Positions 1 through 7,034 of a stretch of 19,043 nucleotides of DNA are shown piece after piece (positions within the stretch are counted from its first letter, which is position 1; every line of letters starts with the position of its first letter). The DNA is from Calditrichia bacterium (lineage in GTDB: Bacteria; Calditrichota; Calditrichia; RBG-13-44-9): NCBI GenBank assembly GCA_037381445.1, contig JARRQT010000056.1, forward strand, positions 1-19,043, given 5' to 3'. The position numbers and the translations under genes were made by a program. The notes beneath the pieces are model-generated. The model did not search any database, had not been told where the DNA came from, and saw only the letters and a program-made list of their open reading frames with translations.

Positions 1-79
1 ATGCAGAAATATTTGTTTTTAAATAATTTATGAATGATTTTCGCTTTATGGTGATTTTTTCCGGAAAAAAACGTTTTTC

Positions 80-108
80 TTGACACCTAATCTGTTTATT
101 ATTATTAA
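80..108 (+). promoter_or_regulatory. Putative sigma70 promoter of proS
   Basis: Perfect TTGACA at 80-85, 17-nt spacer, imperfect -10 TATTAA at 103-108; SD AAGGAG just upstream of ATG 147. Confidence 0.4.
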
Positions 109-146
109 AGAAAACGAAATTTGAGGTTCGATAAGGAGCACTTTCT

Positions 147-1574
147 ATGGCTGAACGCATTACACCGATGAATGAAGATTACAGTCGCTGGTATACGGAT
201 GTGATTATTCAGGGTAAATTAGCGGATTATTCTCCTGTAAAAGGATGCATGGTCATTCGGCCGAACGGCTATGCAATCTGGGAGCAGATACAGCAGAAAC
301 TTGATAAAATGTTTAAAGACACAGGGCATGTGAATGCCTATTTTCCCATGTTCATTCCTGAAAGCTTCATGCAAAAAGAAGCCGAGCACGTCGAGGGCTT
401 TGCACCGGAATGCGCAGTGGTGACTCATGGCGGCGGTCAGAAGCTGGAGGAGCCGCTTTACGTGCGTCCCACTTCAGAGACAATCATCTGGAGCATGTAT
501 AAAAAATGGATTATGTCCTACCGCGACCTGCCAATTCTGATCAATCAGTGGGCAAACGTGGTGCGGTGGGAAATGCGCACCCGCCTATTCCTGCGGACAA
601 CGGAGTTCCTGTGGCAGGAAGGCCATACCGCGCATGCCAGCTATGAAGAGGCGGAAGAGGAAACCCGGAAAATTCTGGAGGTCTATCGCACCTTCGCGGA
701 AGAATATATGGCCATGCCGGTGATTACCGGCCGCAAGTCGGAAGCGGAAAAATTCGCGGGCGCCCTGCATACCTACAGCATAGAGGCGATGATGCAGGAC
801 AAGAAGGCACTGCAGGCGGGCACATCCCATAATCTGGGTCAAAATTTCGCGAAAGCCTTCGATGTGAGATTCCAGGATAAAGATGGCGAACAGAAGCTGG
901 TATATGCCACAAGCTGGGGCGTTAGTACCCGCCTGGTCGGCGCACTGATCATGACCCACAGCGATAACAACGGTCTGGTGCTTCCACCCCGACTGGCCCA
1001 GACGCAGTTGGTCGTCATTCCCATCTGGAAAGAGTCCAATCGTCAGCAGGTTTTTGATTTCACCGAAAAAATATACAGTGCCCTGAAAACAAGATTTTCG
1101 GTGCAGCTTGACGACCGGGATCAATACAAACCCGGTTTCAAATATGCCGAGTGGGAAATGGTCGGCGTTCCGCTGCGGGTGGAAATCGGTCCGCGGGATG
1201 TTGATAACAATCAGGTCATGCTGGTCCGGAGGGACACCCGGGAAAAAATCCAGGTTTCCGCGGGCGACCTCCTGGAAAAGATTGACGAGATTCTGAAGCA
1301 GATGCAGAAAGATATGTTTTCCCGGGCGCTGAAATTCAGGGAAGAGAATACATTTCAGATTGATGACTATTCGGAATTCCGCAGAGTGCTGGATGAAAAA
1401 GGCGGATTTATCGAATCGCACTGGTGCGGTTCAGCCGGCTGCGAAGAAAAGATTAAAGAAGACACCAAAGCGACCATCCGTAATATCCCATTTAACCGCA
1501 AACCGGAAAAAGGCAAATGCATTATCTGCGGGAATGAATCGGACGGCAGGGTGATTTTCGCAAGAGCATATTAA
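147..1574 (+). CDS. proS: Proline--tRNA ligase, archaeal/eukaryote-like type (no INS editing domain)
   Basis: 475 aa; motifs [50 protein letters not shown]-terminal Zn-type Cys pairs (WCGSAGC, CIIC) and terminal FARAY. Confidence 0.97.
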   Translation: MAERITPMNEDYSRWYTDVIIQGKLADYSPVKGCMVIRPNGYAIWEQIQQKLDKMFKDTGHVNAYFPMFIPESFMQKEAEHVEGFAPECAVVTHGGGQKLEEPLYVRPTSETIIWSMYKKWIMSYRDLPILINQWANVVRWEMRTRLFLRTTEFLWQEGHTAHASYEEAEEETRKILEVYRTFAEEYMAMPVITGRKSEAEKFAGALHTYSIEAMMQDKKALQAGTSHNLGQNFAKAFDVRFQDKDGEQKLVYATSWGVSTRLVGALIMTHSDNNGLVLPPRLAQTQLVVIPIWKESNRQQVFDFTEKIYSALKTRFSVQLDDRDQYKPGFKYAEWEMVGVPLRVEIGPRDVDNNQVMLVRRDTREKIQVSAGDLLEKIDEILKQMQKDMFSRALKFREENTFQIDDYSEFRRVLDEKGGFIESHWCGSAGCEEKIKEDTKATIRNIPFNRKPEKGKCIICGNESDGRVIFARAY

Positions 1575-1592
1575 ATAAAACAAGGGCGACCT

Positions 1593-2192
1593 ATGTATTA
1601 TCAAATGGGTTTTGGAATGATGACCCCGGGGGTAAAAAACCTCCTTTTCGCCAACATTGCGGTTTTTCTGGTTCAAATGCTGGCGCCGGGTTTGGTACCG
1701 ATTTACTATTTCGGATTGGTGCCGGTTCTGGTCATAAAAAAGCTGTTCATCTGGCAGCTTGTCACTTATATGTTTCTGCATGGCGGATTCGGACATATTT
1801 TCTTTAATATGTTCGCTCTGTGGATGTTTGGTGTTGAACTGGAGCGTACCTGGGGCACCCGGGAATTCCTGAAGTTCTATTTTCTTACCGGCATTGCGGC
1901 AGGTATCTCCATGGTAGTTTTCAATTGGGGCTCCATGGTTCCCACGATTGGCGCGTCCGGCGCCATTTACGGAATCTTGGCCGCCTACGCTTTGTTCTTC
2001 CCGGATCGCTATGTTTATCTCTACTTCCTGTTTCCGATAAAAATGAAATATCTGGCCCTCATTCTCGGCGGGCTGGAATTTCTGTCCTCCTACAGCCAGG
2101 ATGGTATCGCCCATATTTTTTCAAGAACTTGTTCAGAAAACGCGGACCTTTTTCTTAGTCGGAAAGCCCAAGTTTTAAATCCAATCACTTAA
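1593..2192 (+). CDS. Rhomboid family intramembrane serine protease, apparently truncated after GIAH(I)
   Basis: WQLVTYMFLHGGFGHIFFNM (HxxxN) and catalytic GASG motif present. The expected AHLGG-type helix carrying the catalytic His is replaced by a non-rhomboid-like tail from about 2118. Confidence 0.85.
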   Translation: MYYQMGFGMMTPGVKNLLFANIAVFLVQMLAPGLVPIYYFGLVPVLVIKKLFIWQLVTYMFLHGGFGHIFFNMFALWMFGVELERTWGTREFLKFYFLTGIAAGISMVVFNWGSMVPTIGASGAIYGILAAYALFFPDRYVYLYFLFPIKMKYLALILGGLEFLSSYSQDGIAHIFSRTCSENADLFLSRKAQVLNPIT

Positions 2193-2202
2193 GAGGATCT
2201 GC

Positions 2203-2436
2203 ATGGATTTTATTGAGAATTTAGTATGCGCCAACGAAGAATGTCATTTTAACCATGATGGGTATTGCTATAGAGAAACAGTTACGCTGGATATTACCGG
2301 TAATTGCGAAGACGCCGAGACCTGCGAAGATTATGACTGCACGGAATGCGAATTCTTTGATTTCTGCTCCAAATCCAAAAAATACAGTAGTTCTGCCTTT
2401 TCAGGCGACGACAATATATTTTTATCCGAAGAATGA
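2203..2436 (+). CDS. Small acidic Cys-rich protein (8 Cys), DUF1540-like N-terminal motif; putative metal-binding
   Basis: 77 aa; SD-like AAGAGGA upstream; C-x4-C-x2-N-x4-C pattern followed by further Cys including C-x2-C; strongly Asp/Glu-rich. Confidence 0.65.
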   Translation: MDFIENLVCANEECHFNHDGYCYRETVTLDITGNCEDAETCEDYDCTECEFFDFCSKSKKYSSSAFSGDDNIFLSEE

Positions 2437-2597
2437 ATAAATCACGCTTAAACAACAGAACTAATTAATATTTATTTCACATATACCCCGATAAAATGCC
2501 CTCGTTTGTATTAACGCTTCAACGGATCTGTCAAATAACGGAATCTTGAAGCTTTATTGATATCAAAGCCCGCTTTTTTTCTCAGATAAAAGAGAAT

Positions 2598-2789
2598 CGT
2601 TTAATAATTCAACGTAGTCCATTGATCAGGAAGGCCTGTTATTACTGCGTTTTCTGGCATTCAAGCGTTGCCAATGTAAATTCGCCCTTAAAGACCGTTA
2701 ATTTTTTAAACACCTCCTATTTCCATTAATAACTGTATTTTGAGATTTTATAATGTATGATGGCGGTTTCGCCGTTAATTATTTCAACG
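2598..2789. promoter_or_regulatory. Three CGTT-N9-AAC(G/A) palindromes, putative enhancer (UAS) sites for a sigma54 activator
   Basis: CGTTTAATAATTCAACG 2598-2614, CGTTAATTTTTTAAACA 2696-2712, CGTTAATTATTTCAACG 2773-2789; identical spacing, AT-rich cores, upstream of a -24/-12-like promoter. Confidence 0.6.
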
Positions 2790-2879
2790 TACCTGCCGAA
2801 TTATTTTCTGTGAATTTTCGGGACGAAATACAAGTTATTTTACTGTAATTTCTATATTTACGAATCCGCTCCGTTTTTT

Positions 2880-2895
2880 TGGCACTTTATTTGAA
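2880..2895 (+). promoter_or_regulatory. Putative sigma54 (-24/-12) promoter
   Basis: TGGCAC-TTTAT-TTGAA versus consensus TGGCAC-N5-TTGCW (GA rather than GC at -12); 46 nt upstream of ATG 2942; a GAFTGA-containing activator is encoded in the same locus. Confidence 0.65.
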
Positions 2896-2941
2896 TTATA
2901 ATAAGTGAAAACAATAACGTTACATAGAAAGGAGAAGTAAA

Positions 2942-3610
2942 ATGGTCGTTCTATTCATGGTACTCACCATCATCCTGTTCGTTACTGTGGATTATTTTAT
3001 TCAAAGAAAGAAGAAAATCGGCTTAGCTGCACAGCCTCAGCTGAATAAACTTTCACTGTCAAAAATATTCCACATGTTACCGACAGGTGTTTTTCTTCAG
3101 CCGTCCTTTACCTGGAGCAAAATATTGGATAGCGGAAATCTGATTGTGGGGATTCACCCGGTCCTGATGGGGCTGATCGGGGAACCGGATGAAATCCAGA
3201 TGCTGCACCAGAGTGAAGAAGTCAGGAAGGGCGACACCCTGCTAAAGTTGCGGAAAGGCAACAAAGTGTTGAATGTAAAAAGTCCGGTGGATGGGAAAAT
3301 ATCAGGGCTTAATGAGCAAATCCTTGAAGACGCCACCTGGGAAAACATCAGCCAGAATTGGCTTTACAGTCTCAAACCTCGGAACGTCGCATCGGAGATT
3401 CCTAGCTGGTTTATCGCGGAAAAAAGTCAGAACTGGGTAAATGAAAAATATCAGCAGATCAAGGCATTTTTCATGAATACCATGCCTCAGACCGAGATGG
3501 GTATCACCATGGCCGATGGCGGCGATATTCCAGTGGGTATTCTTTCTCAGTTTGATGAAAAAACCTGGCAGAAGTTTGAAAAAGAATTTATCGCGATTTC
3601 CGAGAACTAA
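2942..3610 (+). CDS. Membrane-anchored glycine cleavage H-like (lipoyl-domain fold) protein
   Basis: SD AAAGGAG; N-terminal hydrophobic helix followed by QRKKK; H-protein-like segments (TW..ILDSG.L.VG, V.KGD.L, SPVDGKISGLN, WLYSLKP); C-terminal GITMADGG; no ESVK motif. Confidence 0.8.
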   Translation: MVVLFMVLTIILFVTVDYFIQRKKKIGLAAQPQLNKLSLSKIFHMLPTGVFLQPSFTWSKILDSGNLIVGIHPVLMGLIGEPDEIQMLHQSEEVRKGDTLLKLRKGNKVLNVKSPVDGKISGLNEQILEDATWENISQNWLYSLKPRNVASEIPSWFIAEKSQNWVNEKYQQIKAFFMNTMPQTEMGITMADGGDIPVGILSQFDEKTWQKFEKEFIAISEN

Positions 3611-3702
3611 TTTTATGAGATTAACTACCCTGATGTTTCATTCCTGAGACGGTTTATCTGATTCAGTCTCAGATTTGAAAGAAAGGATTTACGGAGGAAA
3701 TT

Positions 3703-4482
3703 ATGGGCTATGGCTATTTATTTGATACGACACTTTGTATTGGATGCGAAAGCTGTATGGATGCCTGCCACGAGGAACATCAGCAGCCTGATACAGAAAA
3801 TTATGAATTATCCGACAAAAATTTTACCGTGGTGAAGAATAAAACAATTTCAGATGAAGATATTTACTATCGCCGCATGTGTATGCACTGCGAAAACCCT
3901 TCCTGTGCTTCGGTTTGCCCGGTAGGTGCATTTCAGAAAACAAAAGAAGGACCGGTAATTTATGACGGTTCGCTCTGCATGGGCTGCCGCTATTGCATGG
4001 TTGCCTGTCCGTTTGACGTTCCGAAATATGAATGGAGCAAGGCGCTGCCCCTGGTTAAAAAATGTGATATGTGCTACGACCGCATTAAACAGGGCAAACA
4101 ACCTGCCTGCGCGGAGGCCTGCCCAACCGGCGCCACACTTTTCGGAAAACGGGAAGAACTTATCGAAATCGCCCGTGAGCGGCTCAAAAATGACAAAGAT
4201 AAATACTATCCCTATATTTACGGGCTTAAAGAAGCGGGCGGGACTTCCCTCCTCTACATATCTTCGGTTCCCATAACCGAGCTTGGTTTTAAGATGAAAG
4301 GTTTCCAGGAAGCCTTCCCGCAGTATACGTGGAAAGTCATGAAGGAAATCCCCAATGTGGTCACTTTTGGCGGGGTCTTTCTTTACGGACTGTCATGGAT
4401 AATAAACCGCCGCATTAAGCTGGAAAAAATGAATGCTGATGGTAATGGTAATAACGGAATTCATCCGGAGGAGGAAGAATAA
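3703..4482 (+). CDS. HybA/FdnH/NrfC-like iron-sulfur protein with four cluster motifs and C-terminal TM anchor
   Basis: CIGCESCMDAC, CMHCENPSCASVCP, CMGCRYCMVACP, CDMC...PACAEACPTGA; C-terminal helix VVTFGGVFLYGLSWII followed by NRR; SD GGAGG. Confidence 0.92.
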   Translation: MGYGYLFDTTLCIGCESCMDACHEEHQQPDTENYELSDKNFTVVKNKTISDEDIYYRRMCMHCENPSCASVCPVGAFQKTKEGPVIYDGSLCMGCRYCMVACPFDVPKYEWSKALPLVKKCDMCYDRIKQGKQPACAEACPTGATLFGKREELIEIARERLKNDKDKYYPYIYGLKEAGGTSLLYISSVPITELGFKMKGFQEAFPQYTWKVMKEIPNVVTFGGVFLYGLSWIINRRIKLEKMNADGNGNNGIHPEEEE

Positions 4483-5589
4483 TGGCACAGATTAAACTGG
4501 GTTCTAAATATTCAATTAAACTGACTTTCTGGAATACCGTATTCTTCATTTTGGTAGCGGCGGGATTATATTCTACTTATGTTCGTTTTTTCCATGGGCT
4601 GGGGGCTTCAACCCATCTGTCCGATAAGTTTCCCTGGGGAATCTGGATCGGATTTGACATCCTTTGCGGTGTCGGGCTGGCGGCGGGCGGTTTCACCCTG
4701 GCGGCCGTTGTTTATATTTTTAATATCAAAAGATATAAACCGATTGTACGGCCGGCGGTACTGACCGCATTTCTGGGCTATCTGCTAGTCATATTCGCGC
4801 TGATGTTCGACCTGGGTCGTCCCTACCGTATCTGGCACCCCATCCTGCATTGGAATCCTCCGCATTATTAAGAACTTTCTTATTCCGCTTGTTATTCTGG
4901 GAGTTATTTTCTCAACGCTTCACCAATCTTCGCTGGGTTCACTTTACCTGATCGTGCCTGAGAAATTGTACCCCCTGTGGTATTCCCCTCTTCTGCCGGT
5001 TTTGTTTTTCGTCTCGGCGGTAGCGGTGGGATTTGCCATGGTCATATTCGAATCGTACCTCAGTTCGCGTGCATTCAATAAACAACTGGAGCGCCCCCTG
5101 CTCATGGATTTGGGACGGGTGGTAGTCTTCATTCTTTTATTATATGCGACACTGAAACTGCAGGATTTCGCACGGCGTGATGCCTGGCAGTATCTTTTCC
5201 TGAATCGCACAGAAACCTATTTTTTCTGGGGAGAGACGCTGGTTGGTGTCATTTTACCCATCATCCTTCTGTCCATTCCCAAAATCCGCAAAAATCAACT
5301 GGCGCTTTTTGCCAGCGTGCTCATGGTGGTGGTCGGATTTGTGATGAACCGCCTGAATATCGCGGTCACCGGAATGGAATCATACGCCCATGCAGGTTAC
5401 TTCCCTTCCTGGATGGAAATAAGTATTACCTTGATGATTGTAGCCATTGGGTTTGCTGTCTTCCGCTGGGTTGCCAAGAATATGCCGATATTTGAGAATA
5501 CAGAACAGGAACCCATTACTTCCCATAAGCCAATTCGCGTCCGGATTTTAGAAAAAGAAGAGCTGTTAAAAGATGACATTCTCAATTAA
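4482..5589 (+). pseudogene. HybB/NrfD(PsrC)-family integral membrane subunit split by apparent internal deletion plus frameshift at 4860 (possibly an assembly artefact)
   Basis: 5' part 4482-4859: PWGIWIGFD..CGVGLAAGGF, DLGRPYRIWHP..WNP, then stop at 4869-4871. 3' part resumes in another frame at 4861 (RIIKNFLIPLVILGVIFSTLHQSSLGSL...PLWYSP), in frame with the 4954-5589 ORF (NRLN, YFPSWME). Confidence 0.88.
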
Positions 5590-5600
5590 ATGGTAATAAA

Positions 5601-6380
5601 ATGAACTCGTCACCAGAAAAAAATAAAATGGACTTGAAGTGTATATGGATGTCGGCCGGCATTGTCAATTACAAGCTCTGCGATAAAAACATGAATTGCG
5701 AAGAATGTGATTTTGACAGGGTCATGCAGGGAATGCTGCCAAGTCGGGAAACAGAGACCGCTACACACCTGTCTGTTCCCCAAAACGAAACAGATGTGAA
5801 TCGGCAGCTCATCAATTCCTATCTTTCGGGTCTGTTATCTGGATGTAAAATTCACCTGGATCGCTGCTATCATCCGTCCCATTTCTGGTATAAAGCCCAA
5901 AATGATAACACCATCGATGTGGGACTGGACAGCATTCTTCTGAAAATTCTGGATCCGCTGGATCGTGTCATTTTGCCGGAAAGAGGCGAAAGCTACCACA
6001 CAGGTCAGTTGATCGCCTGGATCGTCCGCAAGCAGAAGACACTGCCGCTCCACTCGCCGCTTAAAGGCGAAGTCGTTGAAATAAATCCGGCTTTTCTGCT
6101 GAACGGGATTGATCAGATACTCGAAGAAGATTCATATTTGTTCAAACTAAAAGATAATGCGACCAGACCGCTGCCGAGCCGCATTTGCACCGAAATTTCC
6201 GGTCTGCAATGCATTGCGAAAAAAGTCGCAGTTATTCAAAAACATCTGCAGAAAGCCTTTGCTGAAACTGTTCCTTCACATGTGGGCGTTACTCTGGCAG
6301 ACGGAGGAAATATTCAAATTGGACTTGAAAAGGTGATTGGAGAAAAAGCGTTTAACAGATTATTGAAAGAACTCTTTTAA
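5601..6380 (+). CDS. Soluble glycine cleavage H-like protein with N-terminal 4-Cys motif
   Basis: N-terminal CIWMSAG...C-x5-C-x2-C; H-protein-like YHPSHFW, VGLD, LP..G, SPLKGEVVEINP; C-terminal GVTLADGG shared with the 2942 paralog. Alternative start at 5628. Confidence 0.8.
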   Translation: MNSSPEKNKMDLKCIWMSAGIVNYKLCDKNMNCEECDFDRVMQGMLPSRETETATHLSVPQNETDVNRQLINSYLSGLLSGCKIHLDRCYHPSHFWYKAQNDNTIDVGLDSILLKILDPLDRVILPERGESYHTGQLIAWIVRKQKTLPLHSPLKGEVVEINPAFLLNGIDQILEEDSYLFKLKDNATRPLPSRICTEISGLQCIAKKVAVIQKHLQKAFAETVPSHVGVTLADGGNIQIGLEKVIGEKAFNRLLKELF

Positions 6381-6388
6381 TGCCACAT

Positions 6389-6460
6389 CATACAAAGGGA
6401 CGGGCCTGTCCGGGGTGCACCTCCTTAAAAATGGACAGGTCTGTTCTTCTTGTATGTTTT
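6389..6460 (+). terminator. Long hairpin (23 bp, 21-nt loop) with short T tail; probable terminator or structured 3' RNA between convergent operons
   Basis: 6389-6411 pairs with 6433-6456 with one bulge (C6449) and four G-U pairs; TTTT at 6457-6460. Confidence 0.6.
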
Positions 6461-6488
6461 GCAGCCTGCCCCAATAAAATCCGTCCCT

Positions 6489-7034
6489 TCAGGATTTGGA
6501 ACAATTGACTCCAATAATATTTTGACACCTGGCGCAGAAGAATTCGTGCTTCAGATCAATATCTTCCACATAGGTCGATGAATGCATGATGCATTCAAAA
6601 TTCGGGCAGTGGACCAGTCCTAGGGTATGCCCCAGTTCATGAAGGATTTCTTTCAATGTCCGTTTATAAAGCAACAACGGATTGGGCGGAAGACCATAAA
6701 ATTCATTTCGCAGGCGATAGGTGGAAACAACAGCTCCAATGCCGTTCAATTGCGCCTCCCCGAACAGAAATGTCAGGATCGGAATAAAAATATCCACATC
6801 CGTAATCCCTATGATTTTGCGGCCGTCATCTGGCACATGCTGCAAAATAGTGGAGAGCAGATAAGTGGAGTGGTATTGATTCCGCTCCCCTGAATAAAAA
6901 AGACTCAAATCCAGATCGAGATGAAGGTGGGAAAAAGGATACGGTACGCAACGATTTAAATCTTCCGCCAGATTTTGCCAGAAGGGCGGAAAATGATTAT
7001 TGATAAAAGCCAGATAAATTGTATTGCTGCTCAC
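6489..7034 (-). CDS. Archaemetzincin (peptidase M54) family Zn metalloprotease
   Basis: HELGHTLGLVHC...CIM (Met-turn) and FCARC; RNQY, DIF, FLFGEAQ, VVSTYRL motifs; GTG start directly abuts the regulator's stop codon. Confidence 0.92.
   Translation of the reverse strand: MSSNTIYLAFINNHFPPFWQNLAEDLNRCVPYPFSHLHLDLDLSLFYSGERNQYHSTYLLSTILQHVPDDGRKIIGITDVDIFIPILTFLFGEAQLNGIGAVVSTYRLRNEFYGLPPNPLLLYKRTLKEILHELGHTLGLVHCPNFECIMHSSTYVEDIDLKHEFFCARCQNIIGVNCSKS

Noticed and set aside
585..1421. 278-aa antisense ORF (and 1431-2114, 227 aa)
   Set aside because: Shadow frames opposite proS and the rhomboid gene; no recognisable motifs.
2557..2566. TTGATATCAA as an FNR box
   Set aside because: FNR needs TTGAT-N4-ATCAA; here the half-sites have no spacer.
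4851..4871. Programmed frameshift or stop readthrough in the NrfD gene
   Set aside because: No slippery run at the junction, the stop is TAA (not Sec or Pyl), and a conserved segment appears to be missing altogether.
4954..5589. Independent 211-aa gene starting at GTG 4954
   Set aside because: The frame is NrfD-like from 4861, upstream of this GTG, and there is no convincing SD; it is the 3' half of the broken gene.
2942..6380. Calling this a genuine glycine cleavage system or hydrogenase-2 operon
   Set aside because: No gcvP/gcvT/lpd, no canonical lipoyl-Lys motif, and no hydrogenase subunits or maturation genes in the window.
6412..6432. 16S rRNA fragment, or a small - strand ORF behind AAGGAGGTG
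   Set aside because: The match is limited to 10 nt with no flanking rRNA helix, and there is no start codon at SD distance on the - strand.
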